Below, one piece after another: positions 11,401 through 22,800 of a stretch of 64,000 nt of DNA (the stretch's first letter is position 1; each line of letters starts with the position of its first letter). A model generated the notes under the pieces. That model was given only the letters and a program-made list of their open reading frames with translations, was not told the origin of the DNA and did not search any database. Position numbers and translations under genes: made by a program. This stretch comes from Setoptus koraiensis (taxonomy: Eukaryota > Animalia > Arthropoda), in the NCBI GenBank assembly GCA_048013815.1, contig CM106585.1, positions 11,718,001 to 11,782,000 of the forward strand, in the 5' to 3' direction.

Positions 11401-11612
11401 TGAAAAAATATTGGCTGCTGCTGCTGCTGTTGAGGGGGCGCCAAAATGGGCGCCTCGACAATTTGTTGCGCAGCCATCCTGTTGGCACCTGTCCTGTTGG
11501 CTAGTGATGCTGGCTGGGGGGGCTCCGCGACCGGATGATTGTGGCTCATGTAATCTCTGGCCTGTCCGTCGTACATGAAGGCCCTGGTGGCGGCGTGGGC
11601 CGATTTGCGCAT
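8427..11612 (-). CDS. Uncharacterised low-complexity/coiled-coil protein, intronless, 1061 aa
   Basis: 3.2-kb ORF with several heptad-rich helices (e.g. LQLQRKSLSLEQDNLSLKQEN, LEQLKQQLNEAKINLAKTLDEEK) separated by Q/S/N-rich linkers. No family recognised. Confidence 0.8.
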   Translation of the reverse strand: MRKSAHAATRAFMYDGQARDYMSHNHPVAEPPQPASLANRTGANRMAAQQIVEAPILAPPQQQQQQPIFFQQMTQQQQPLSLNYPTTTGLVHSGESQWPDLQLQRKSLSLEQDNLSLKQENSHIKKQLKLINAKLAKFKRNKVKFVTTSSSASPLSSPLPAPATTTSTQQSYATVAADLGLSSHKSVHQPQPLVTGPLFHSPGLSTRSVQPQRVSQPGSSNETAVPVTSASIASQMDIFGNYIRQTHPPDSAQTADNQQEARVRPLTGRADCPNCLCDRKSSVCDGCCSRNDYLLPVPGQSQHQYSANNHSNNNNNSQQRRHYSDNTHQQQHQSEQTIAKLDIGRIKPASVVSDNNDPTVPLAHRSANRALGNRRVQLEQTIDDLQQSIVDLRKSEQKLEQQRKLAQIYKQQWNYGPLVGGNRAANNTRTYSSRLDPNLARDVKALTGYQHVASQVNSNITPPTTKQQPNYRRRISSSQQNLASFGQLRKFQPQAQSAVGPKQPTGLTNLMQRSKSELTLSHLSNSRSSLRGSSSDLSRQANQHGTPELHDHSRQEHTPVKPSDKLQWIPIFGEAMVKHPRPSVPARKTKLAQQANGEQQDKAARSEQDSNGNRLTSSSSAVSSPAKVTVPNDANKTKPQVLSRSLATIKVNKAEKQLELAGKRLAQTDQFLSCSSARGNQTREQELSKFRDFSCQPSLARDLVHGASIEIARLEKIVAEQQKDLNRLQTKLKHQQQSSANKQADAECSGQSSRYNRRDRDTDDTKANGASGQSRDQVLEQLKQQLNEAKINLAKTLDEEKHEKSLLQMKVDNSLKKQGDLERDNEILKESLGKCIDTCIQDIANTLDMVNDNNPINMNRLLDGTINLDQTMINEPRKAPEIIANSQYVKKLKDYTVNVEKQRKQLFEELAREKQLTAQLNQQIKQMTLLHNQCQLEVEQLRQSRDRLESQVNNNTATTSLLNNDINGVISPADPNSQNNAKQNSILEVTTIVDGTLDNNDNSSGPRSPKATTSTTITTTETYKRYIRSMAPEMEAMKIERQSVLKEVDNMKKILSDILEY

Positions 11613-13130
11613 CGTGTTGTATTGTGCTGATTGCTGCTGATATGTGTTATATGCAAATATATCAATTAATTAATCAATTGCCACTGGCTCATTGTGTCAT
11701 GTTGTCGTGAACACGTTACCTATGGACATGGTGTGTGTGTGTGTGTAATAAGCAAATTGTTACGTAAGTGTTACGTGATTGTGCGGTGTGATTGCCTGGC
11801 AATTGGACGGACGGGCGGGCGGGCGGACGGACGGGCCAAGGGCGAACGGCCAACGGGATTCTATGAGCAGCAAGATGAACGGAGATAAATAAAATTTTGC
11901 AAAATTGTCCACTGGCCAGACCATTGCCGATGAGCCAATAATGACAACATGTCCGCCAGACTGCGTAACTGTCATTTGTTTGCTTGCACAATTGCATAAT
12001 ACCGTGCGCGTCACTGAAAAGTGACGACGACAGCAACAACAACGGCAACAACTTTCGAGCGTCGCCATAGCAACGCTCCAGTGCGACGACCAGCACACAA
12101 TGTGCAGCCCCAACAGCAGTCACTGTTGAACAGTGACAGTTGACAATTGTGCAACTGGCTGGCAGCGTGGACAGTAACTGCATCACCAGCATCGTTGTCG
12201 CCGTTGTCGTTGTCGCTGTTGTCGTTGTCGCTGTTGTTGCTGTTGCTGCTGTTGCCTCACAAGTTGTGAGTCACAACAGCGACGTTTCGCGTCACGTGCA
12301 AACTCGCTTACCTGTGACGAGTTACGCAATACGCGCGCGATATTGAACGCAATTAGCGCCGTTCCCATTTCTCGCTGCAGCGAGCACTCACAACAAATTG
12401 CCAGCCAGTTGTCTAGCACAATTGTCTAGCGAACAGCTGATTGCGATGATGCAATCAATGTGTGGGCCCATTTGCATGGCGAGGGGGGGGGGCCGGGCGT
12501 TCGCGGCTGGCGAACAAGTGGGCCACGGGACACAAAAGTGAGCGCGACAGAAACGAGTTAATATTTTGTTTGGCATTGCGGTCGACAGAGCGAGGCGAGC
12601 TGCAGTGATTATTGTTGTTATTGTTGGGGCTCGCATCATGACGGGCGCGGATTATGGGGGCGGCGCGGCGCGGCTCGGCGAGAGCGCGTTCGCAGCGAGC
12701 GCGACACCGAAAATGAAAACATGGTCGAGCGCCGTCAACGGCAGCAACAGCAACAACAGCAACGGCAGCGACAACAACAACAACGGCGCCCAGCGGCGGT
12801 TGGCGCCGGCGCACGGGCGTCTTGGCAAGCGGCAGTGTTTGACCTAGTTAGAGGCGACAAAGGAGATCATTTCGATTGATCGGACGGATGCACGCATGCC
12901 TGGTCGGGCCCTGGCGCTGCTCGAGCGCAGGCAGCCGCTAGGTGCCTCGGATGAGCACATAGCGCCCGTTGAGCACATAGCGCCCGTTGGCGTCGCGCCG
13001 GATAGACAGCCACTCAGGGCCGCGGCGGCGGCGGCAACACAATGGGGCTACACTGCGGCAGACTGTGCGATACTGTGGCTTCGGCTGCTGGCACACACAC
13101 ACTGCACTGCACTGAACTGCACTGCTGGCG

Positions 13131-13218
13131 GCTAGGTGCATGGCGCACAAGTCGCGAACGGCGCTAGGTGCATGGCGCACAAGTCGCGAACGGGCGCTAG
13201 GCGCACACAAGTCGCGAA
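13131..13218. repeat. ~32-bp tandem duplication, 2.7 copies (GCTAGGTGCATGGCGCACAAGTCGCGAACGGC)
   Basis: Read directly. Confidence 0.9.
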
Positions 13219-14280
13219 ACTGGGCCACAGATTCTTGAGATAGGACAGGCGTGCAGCACGGCAGCATCACGTAGAGGGGCAAATGCAGCCTGCGCGCACA
13301 TAACGCAAACCATGCCACGGCAGATACGTGTGTTTGCAAACAACAACAACAGCAACAACAACAGCAACAACAACGACAACAACAACAACAACAACAACGG
13401 CGCGGTAGACGGACGTATAGACAGCTAGACAGATAGCGGTAACAGCGTAGTGGTGGCAGCAGAACAAAGACATTCGGAGCGATAATATCGGGCAGAGCAC
13501 AGAAGCGAACGGCAGCGAGATAAACAAACAGCAACAACAACAACCCGTTCGAACTGCCAACGGCCCGTCGAAGCGACACACACACACACACACGCCCGTT
13601 GCATTGCCGATATTCATCGAGGGGCTCTCGCCACCGGAATTCGACAAGCCTCCGAATTGCCGCTCGAATCGGCGCTCGAATTAGAGTTAGAATCGCCGTT
13701 TGAATTAGCGCTCGAATCGCCGTTAGAATCGCCGTTAGAATCGGCGCTCGAATTAGCGTTCGGCCTGCGAACGCGCGAAATTATCCGCTCGCTTTGGGGC
13801 GCACGTCGCGGGCGCCCCAAACACACAATCGATTGGCTGGCCAGAGGCCAGCGCTGCCCAGACCGTAGCCAGCAGCGACAGGGCGCAACTCAAGTGCGCC
13901 ACGCATCATCATTCTCAATTCTAAAGTAGCTAGCTGGCCAGCGACTCGTCGAGCCACATAACACAGTGGGCAGATAATATTCACAACAGACAATATTCAC
14001 ACACAGACAATAGTGACACACACACACAGCGGATAATTATTATTATTATTGCAGCCAACGACAACGAAACACAGCGCACACATACACACCGTACACAGAC
14101 GGCAACATCGGCGGCCCCACCAGCGACAAATGTGCTGGCCAATCGGACAATAACAACAATCGACACGTAAAATTTCGACACGGGTCGCACAGTGCAAAAT
14201 GGGGCCCAGGAAGCGCACAAAAGCTGCATCGGTAGTGGCGCCACGACGGCCCGTCTCGGGATAGATCGACGTTACATTTG

Positions 14281-14350
14281 AAATTCGAATTATAACTCGT
14301 TCGAATTATAACTCGACGATTCGACGATTCGACGATTCGACGATTCGATG
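14281..14350. repeat. TTCGAATTATAACTCG x2 followed by (GATTCGAC)n
   Basis: Read directly. Confidence 0.85.
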
Positions 14351-15658
14351 ATCCGAGAATTCGAACGCGAACAAGATGCTATTCTCGCCAACCAGTTATC
14401 CAACCGAAAACAGCTAGAGCAAAATGTGCGCCCACACGATGCAAAAGCTCCAATTTGCAGCCTGAACGCACCACAAATATTACCAATATTTATCTTGTAT
14501 CGCAGCCGGCCAGCACCAATTCAACTTTAACTTTCACCGATTCACAAACGAAAATTACACGCAAACGCCGACTCAATAATCAATTATTATAATTATTTAC
14601 CACTCACCAATCAATAGTGATCCAATCAAATATCCAATGGCTCACAACAGCAATGCAACAATAATGGACACAGTAACAATGAAGATCCAACGCGTGAGAT
14701 TGGTTTGCTCAAGGCTGCAATTTGCAAAGCAATGCCACCAATATAAGATAGCCAATGGGCCGACACAGCAAATCACGAGGGCAATAATTGCAAATTGACA
14801 CATTGACAAATCTAAAATTGTTGCAAACACACACAATACGACACAACAATATTATTATATTATTTACCATTACAAGCGAGAAATCATTCATTTGTGACAT
14901 GAGATATGGACACACAAATAGATACGGACTTCCATTAGTAAAAAGCTCTCCATTTCAACAGCCAGCCAGTATACAGAATCAAATCAAATCAAATCACACC
15001 CTACGAATTGCAAGCGATTGCATGATTTAGCTATCGTCGACATCATGATAGACACAGCGAGATTACTATTATTTACAAGTTTTTCTTTTTTCATCCTTTT
15101 TTAGATCAAAAAAGAATAGATTATATAAAATAAAACAATAGTATATTATTGGTCACATGGTGGCATATATACAACAAGCACATATACAACGTACTACACA
15201 CGACACAATGACCCACACAATAGCCAGCAATCGGTATTGCGCCGGCAGACACCATTGATTAGTAAAACATAATTAATTTTTCATCGTATAGACCGGACCG
15301 GACATCCGTTTGATCCGTGTGGTCTGTTTGAGTGATCCGAGCTCCTCATCGCCGGCGCCAGCAGCATACACTGGACTGGCCTTGGAAAGAGTTGAAATTA
15401 GATACAGGTGAATCAGTCGAATGACCCGATCCATTCATTGAATCATCCACCAATACATTGTTGGTGCCGATCGCAATTGATCGCAACGGCAGCACAACAA
15501 CCAGCACAACAACCAGTCGTATACACAACAAAACAAGAGAGACACACCAACGAATACACGCAAATCGACATATAACTTTAAATACAACTTTAAATACAAC
15601 TCTGACAAACCAACGAAAGAATAGCTAATATTTACAACTCGGCTTTGCATTTGGGGCC

Positions 15659-16823
15659 ATGTTCGCCTCAACGAGCCCGCACCCAAACCAATTGCCTGCA
15701 ACATTAACCACCACGCCATCACCACAAGCGCCATTGCCCCCATTGCCCGTGGCCGTAGCGTCGCCGGCCGTGTCACAGGCCGTAGTTGCGTGGGCCTCCG
15801 CGTTGGCGCACCAACAAGCGGCCTCCTCCAAATCGTCGCCACCGCAGCCGCCGTCTAATTACAATCAATCACAGGTGGCCCTAATTGGAATCGTGCTAGG
15901 ATGTGCATTGGCCATTTTGACCTTATTAATCGTGATATATTGCCGCTATTGCGTCCAAATCAAACTGGTAAGTACACAAGGCAAGGCAGCACAACACGTT
16001 GCTCGTTAACCCGGTCGGCGGGTCGCGGCGACAACAACCGCCAGCCGACAACAGCAGTGAAACAACCGACAACAACAACAACAACCGACAACAACAACCG
16101 ACAACAACAGCAGCATCGAAACGACAACAACAACGGCAGCGAAACGACAACAACAACGGCAGCGAAACAACCGACAACAACAAAACACGCGCAAACAAGC
16201 ACGGCAAACAAGCGCTGGCACAATTGTTAACAATTGCGCTAGCGCGATAATGACGCGACACGGCATGATGATGTAACTGTCGCTCGTTAGCCACGAGCGA
16301 CAGTTACATCAGCGCGCACAATCATTGTAGTTGCTGCTGCTGATCATGATTGAAAATAATCAACGTGACGTACGTGGCACTTGTTTTGATCGGTCTGGCC
16401 ACGTCCACTGACCGTACGCTAGACGGCGAACGGTTTGACGGCGCGCGACCAGCCAGCGAGATGGCCGAGAAATGGTTGTTGCAAAGGGGGCGCTCGTTAG
16501 GCCCGTTTGAAAAGCTGTGAAGTTTGGAGTGGCGATAATGGGGCCATTACGGGCCCCAACACACGCGCACACACTGTCTAGGCACGACGCACACACACCC
16601 ACTGTCTAACGGTCTAAGCACACAGTGTGTCGGAATGGGGCGCCATAAACAGGAACAGAATAGATGGACCGTGCAGCTCTCAAGGTGAACATATGGTATA
16701 ATTGTTGTCGGAGTGTGTTTGTCACTTGCGCTGCGTTTGGGCCCCAAACAAGCGCCAGCCAGCATCATTCACACTCACACCCACACAATTATGTGTATTA
16801 TGTAATACAACTACAACATGTAT

Positions 16824-16867
<44 letters not shown>

Positions 16868-19800
16868 AATATATATAAATGTTATAGTTGTTATAGTTGT
16901 GAGGCGACGGCTCGAACGAAGGGATTACGTCATCCATCAGCTAACACGCAGCTAACACACTCATCATCCATCACGTGTAATCGATCATCTAGACTGGCGA
17001 TGTTGCAGCGATGCTGCGGCGATGCAACTGCGATGCAATGCAATTTGGGCGCCGGACTGTCCGATTGGCAGCGGCCCGAACCGGTCGGCCATGGAACGGG
17101 CGTTTGTAACGAGCCGCTCAAAAGTAGCCACTCGCATAATACTTTTGAGCGCTCTTTTGAGACACCTTTGGGGCCCGTCGTGCGTCCCATTCCGACAGTG
17201 TGTGCCTCCAAGTCCGACACTGTGTGCCTCCAAGTCCGACACTGTGTGCGTCCTATTCTGACAGTGCGTGAGTGTGTGTATAAGCGGCTGGCAAGACAGT
17301 TTGTTGCAGATAGACGAGTTGTTGTCCGTCTTGCGTACGTTGCATGCTGAGGAAGCGCCGACTGCGCCACCATTAGACCCAGTGGGCCCGTCAGGCAGTG
17401 CGCTCTTATTGGGGCCGATTCGCCTCAGTGGCCAGCCGGGCGACCAGTCATCCAGATCGCGCCAACGGGCCCACTGGTTTGTTAGATTACAGGATCGTAA
17501 CAGGTTGCGTGACACACACACACACGAGTGTGTGTACGGCCGGTGGGCCCGACGACGAGCCATTGAACGGCGAGCCAGCAGGCACAACACGACACAACAA
17601 AACATTGCATAACATTACATAACTTTGCATTACGTTGCACACATAACTCACCTTTCTCTACCCTTTCACTACCCTCTGACCCGACCTGCCCGACCCCGCG
17701 TTCAATCCGCACAATCAACTTATCCGCACAATCAACTTATCCGCACAATCAACTTATCCGCCTCTTACACGCCTCTCGCAACTTGTCGCCACATCGGCGC
17801 TGCCCGGCAACCAATTGGACTGAACTCTTTGGCGCTTTTCGTGCCCGCTCCATGAATCGTGTTCGGGCGCATCCGGCGGCCTCGTGCCAACCGAACGCGC
17901 AAACGAATGGCGCAAATTGGCAATATTGGCGAAATTTGGAAAATTTGGAAAATTCGAAACTGGGAAATTCGAAACTGGGAAATTCGAAACTGGGAAATTC
18001 GCAAATTCGAAATTGGGAACTCCGAAAATTCGAAAATTCGAAAAACGGGAAATTGGAAAATTGGAACAACATTTGGTCGACATTGGGCGGACATTTGCAT
18101 ATCGTGCCGAACTGGTTACGTAACATGCATATAACGGTACACGTCACATGGCACACGCAGAGCCAGATTTGTGATAGTAGTCGCCTCATAAACTTGCTCT
18201 ACACTTCCATCAGCTACTTCACTTCCGTTTCCGCCACTTCCGCCTACAGAAAAGCAGCAGCAGCAGCAGCCGCGGCAGAGAGGCCACATAACTTAAATAA
18301 CTGCGGCGCTCGACAGCAAGCTGCTGCTGCGGCGGCCGGCGCTAGCAGCGATCCAGCGACAAGTGTCATCAGGCGCCCAATGGCGGTTTGTTTGGCCGGT
18401 TACGCCGGGTCGCCGCTGAACGGATTGATAGCGGCAGCGACGGCGAGCTTGGCGCCAAAAAGCAGCAGCGCCAGGCCGAAGGCCACCACCGATTGTAAGG
18501 CCGTCAATAGGCTGATGCAGGAGGTGCAAGTGGATTGCGGCCAGTTGGGTGCGGACGCCGACGAGCGCCGGACCTCGCTCGATGTGACCGACGATTTGTG
18601 TCACAACAGCAGCGACGACCATTTGTCGCTGGCGGCCGACGCCGCCATCACCAACCTGGACAACAGCAACGGCAACGACGACGACAACAACAACGGCGGC
18701 AGCGGCCCCTTCAAGGTGTGCGACGTGGACGTGCGCTGGCAGCCGGGCCGGCCGGGCGCCAGCAGCCGCTGCAGGGCAACAGCGAGCGAGCTGCAGTTAA
18801 TTGATTGCGCGCCGCTGCCGGGCCCCCGGGCCGGCTACGGCGCAAGCTGCGGCTACGGTGGCGGCAGCGGCGGCGGGTACGCCGGGCCGGGCGCCGCCAG
18901 CAACTGGCAGCCGCGCGGGTCCGGCCCGCAGCAGCACGGCAGCGTCGGCCCGACCGACAGGTTCGGTAGCGTCAGTTTAACGCGACGTCGCAGCGAGATG
19001 AGCGCCTGTGTTCAGTGCAGCCTCAAGTGCGGCCTGGGCGCGCATTTCATGACGGACGCCATGGGCGGCTTGGCGGCGCGACCGGCCGGGCACCACCATC
19101 ACCCGCACACGCTGGAGGGCGGCGCGGACATTCTCGAGGACCACAAGCACCAGCATGCGCTCTTCGACCACCTGTCGGGCACGGGCATAATGATGGACGA
19201 GGCGGCCGGCCTGTCGAAGTGTTTCGCCTACGAGCAGTGTCAGCAGCAGCAGCAGCGGCAGCAGCCCAGAGAAATTAGACTGGATTATGCGGCTCATCAG
19301 GCCCACCGGGCCGTCGGCAGCGTCAACGGGACGATGGCGCAACGCGAGCACGCGCACTCGAGCAGCTCGTCGTCGTTGCATCATCACGACATGAACGACG
19401 ACGAATCGTCGTTTGCGGCACAGCAACAGCAGCAGCAGCGACTCGCCAGCCAATGTGGCGACAACCAGCAACAGCAGCACACCAACCAGTACACGAATTA
19501 CGTAAGCATGCCATTCAACAGCAACAGCGGCGCCAACAACAACAACTACGGCAGCGGCGCCGCCGCCAACAACAACTACGGCAGCAGGGCGCAACTGATT
19601 CAACAGCAACAGCAGCAGCAGCACGGGCCGGACAGCGGTCAGTGCGGCGCGGCCGGGCGCCGCGACAGCAACAGCAGCCAGAGCGGCGCCCAGAGCCGGC
19701 GCAACAGCAGCCACTGCAACGGAAGCAGCAGCAGCGCCATGGACAGCGGCCTGGCGCTCAACTCGACGGCCACTAACAGCAGCGGTCAGTCACTGTCGCT

Positions 19801-22800
19801 GGCCATGTCGGCGCATAGCGCCTTTCGCGCCTCCACCGGCCAGGCAGCGTTGCACCAGCAGCCGGCGGCGGCGCCGCCGCATCAACAGCCGGCTCATCAA
19901 CAGTCGACGGTGCCGCATCAGCAGCCGCCGTGGTGCAGCAATGACGCAATGCAGTCGCAACAAACAAACAACAGCAACAACAACAACAACAACAGTGTCG
20001 TCAATATGACAGCGGACAGCTGTGCGAATGGCTGCATGACAGGTGATTATGCAGCGACATTGCATAATAACAATCAGCAGCAGCAACAGCAGCACCATTT
20101 GCTCACGTACCGACGGCCCTCGTGTCCCTCCACCAGCCAGTACCATCCGCATCACCCCGTGCATTCCTGCGGCCTGATCGACCATCACCACTTGCACCAC
20201 CACATCGACAACAATTATCATAATTACGCGCTGTCGGGCGCCTCATTCCAGCAGCAGCGCCAGCCGTACAACAACTACTGCTACGACCACCATCACCTGA
20301 CCATGTCGTCATGCCAACCCGCGCCCCAGCCCGACCAAGCGCAGCCCGACCAAGCGCAGCCCGCCGACCAGCCGCAGCTGGACCGGCCCGACGGCGACAG
20401 GCAGCGGGCGGCCGCAAGCGCCAAACAACAGCCAGCGACAACGACGGCGCCAAGGCCGGGACCCACCGATTACGAGTACCCGGGGTGCTACGAGTCGGGC
20501 GACGACGACCTCGGCCTCGATCTCACCAGTCTCACCGGCCAGCCGAGCAACACCAACGACAGCGTGCTGTCGCTGCAGCACGAGCAGCACTACATGACCG
20601 CCGCCGGCGGCGGCAGCACCGGCGAGCTGACGGGCGCCGGCGCGCAATCGTGCCACGTCGACATGTCGCCCGAGCCGCACCATGCAGCGACATTAATGAA
20701 TGACATAATCGGCGATTGCGTCATGCCCGAATCGCCCGACAGCCGGCCCGCGCTGCTGGCCACAGGTGAGCGCGACAACACCCCGGCGAGTGCCTTGATG
20801 CCGCCCGACGGGGGCTGTGCCTTGAACTCGGGCGCCGCTGCCATGTCAGGCACCGCAATGTCGGGCGGCGCGCAAAAGCAGCCGCAAGTGCCCGCCGCCG
20901 CCGCCCCTCAAGACACTGTGATCAATGTGAATGGCGCCCCGACGGACGGCATGCCCGCCGCCGCAGACTGTGCGCCGAAACACGCGGCCCGAATGCCGCT
21001 CAGCTACTCGCAAAGTCTGGCCGCGGTGCTGCGCAACCCGACCCATTGCGACGACGGGCCCCACAAACTGAGAAAGTACTCGCTGCCCACAATGGCTACC
21101 GGAAGCAGACACACAAAGCAGCGCCACAGCAGCAGGTACTCGCTGGACGTGGCCGCCAGTTGCAAGCAGCCGGCACAGGAGCTGCACCACTGCAAGTACC
21201 AGCCCACCGGAGCGGTCGCCCTCAATCGGGCCGGCTACATGGGTTCGGCCACACGAGTGACCTGTTGCATGAGCTGCGGCCCGGACGATGCGGCCCGCGA
21301 CCCGCTGGCCGGTGTCGGGCCGCCGGGCACCAAGGTAAGCGCCAGGATCATCACAACTCGCAATCCGCTCACCCGATCCCACTGAGTCAGCCAATCTCAA
21401 TTAACCCGACTAACTAACCCAATGCCCAACTTGTCTCACCCGCTGCAGACCGACTGGAGCCGCGCGGACCCGCACACCAAGTGGCCACTGGCCACTGGCC
21501 TGCTGGCCGGTGGCGGCAAGCACACGCCTCTTACCGCCGCTGACGAACGGCCCGACGTCGACGACTGGCCGCCGGGCACCGCGCCCGCCAGCGCCAAGCA
21601 AATGATGATGCGGCGGCGCAACTCGCACGGGATTGTGCGCCAGAGCTCGTTTTGGATGGACGACAGCCAGTGCAGCGAAACAAGCGACTGCGTGCTGCTG
21701 TACGCAAACAACGCGACAACAACAGCAGCGCCACCAACCGCACCGACAACCACAACGGACAACGACAACGACGACGACGGCATATCGTTCAACCAGGACG
21801 ACGAGCGCGACTCTGACGGCGCCGATCCGCTCGATGGGCCGCTAGCCGGCCCGCAGTCGCCGAGCGCCGTAGCGGAGCCGCGACCGTCCGCGCGAAGTTA
21901 CTCGGGCGACACCGCGCTGCTGTGCGGCCGGCTGAGCGACGAGGGCGCCGCACAACAGCGGCCTGACCCAACCATGCTGCACGTGATGAGAATGCGCTCA
22001 AAGTCCAACTCTGTCAACCCGCACGAGAGATCGCTGGCCATCAGCGCCATATACAATTGCGCAACCCGGTCCGCGTCGGCCGCCTCGGGCTCCCTGAATC
22101 GTCGCACTTCGTCGCCGTTCGGCCGGTACCCCGGCGCTGGACCAACAAGTTACGCCGGGCCGCCAAGCGGCAGGCCGCTCAGTGGCAACAGCAGCAGTAG
22201 CAGCAACAACGACTTCGACGGCGCCAGTCTGAGGAGGCGCCTCGCCGGACACGCGGCAGCGGAAATGAAGGCCGCGCAAGCGGCCGATTGGATCGCCGGC
22301 AGCCATCAATTGCAAAAGTCCGGCGAGTGCCCGGTGTCGGGCGGCGATGCGGCGCTCAACCGATCGAGCGCACTGAGCAGCATCAGTTGTGTCAGCGTGG
22401 GCGCCGGCGACCGGGGCGCCGCAACCAGCAGCGGCAGCAGCGCAAGCAGCAGCACAAACAGCAGCAGCAACAACAGTCGGGCCGGATCGAGGATCGGGTC
22501 CGCTTCTCAGCAGCAGCAGCAGCAGTACCAGCAGCGCCGCAACAGCAGACTGGTGCGCCAGGACTATGACAGATTTGAGCGAGAGTTTCAGCGTTCGGCC
22601 GCAGCGGCCAGCGCCAACTGGAAGGGTAGTCGTGGGGCACTTCCGGCGAGCCAACATTTCGCACAGGATGGGGCAGCGGTGGAGTCGGCGGGCGAGCCGG
22701 CGGCCGTGCCGAGCGGTGGCTGGACAAACGAGCAACAGCGGGCCGGCTGTGACGACAGCGGGCCGGCGGGTTGTTGTCGTCACAGGCAGCAGCACTTTGT

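Noticed and set aside
12938-13647. Poly-Cys/poly-Val/poly-Leu ORFs on the minus strand, and similar ones at 58649-58884 and 15926-16294
   Set aside because: Translations of (AAC/CAG)n microsatellites.
17931-18066. Canonical heat-shock element
   Set aside because: Most units are TTCGAA without the 2-nt spacer needed for contiguous inverted nGAAn triads; kept only as a repeat-cluster observation.
17783-18249. N-terminal 155 aa of the 1200-aa ORF
   Set aside because: Translation of the GGAAATTCGAAACTG repeat. A pyrimidine-rich acceptor at 18249 marks the real exon start, so this part is intronic.
21335-21448. Apparent two-gene or readthrough arrangement of ORFs 17783-21385 and 21422-23377
   Set aside because: Explained by an ordinary 114-nt GTAAGC...CTGCAG phase-0 intron.
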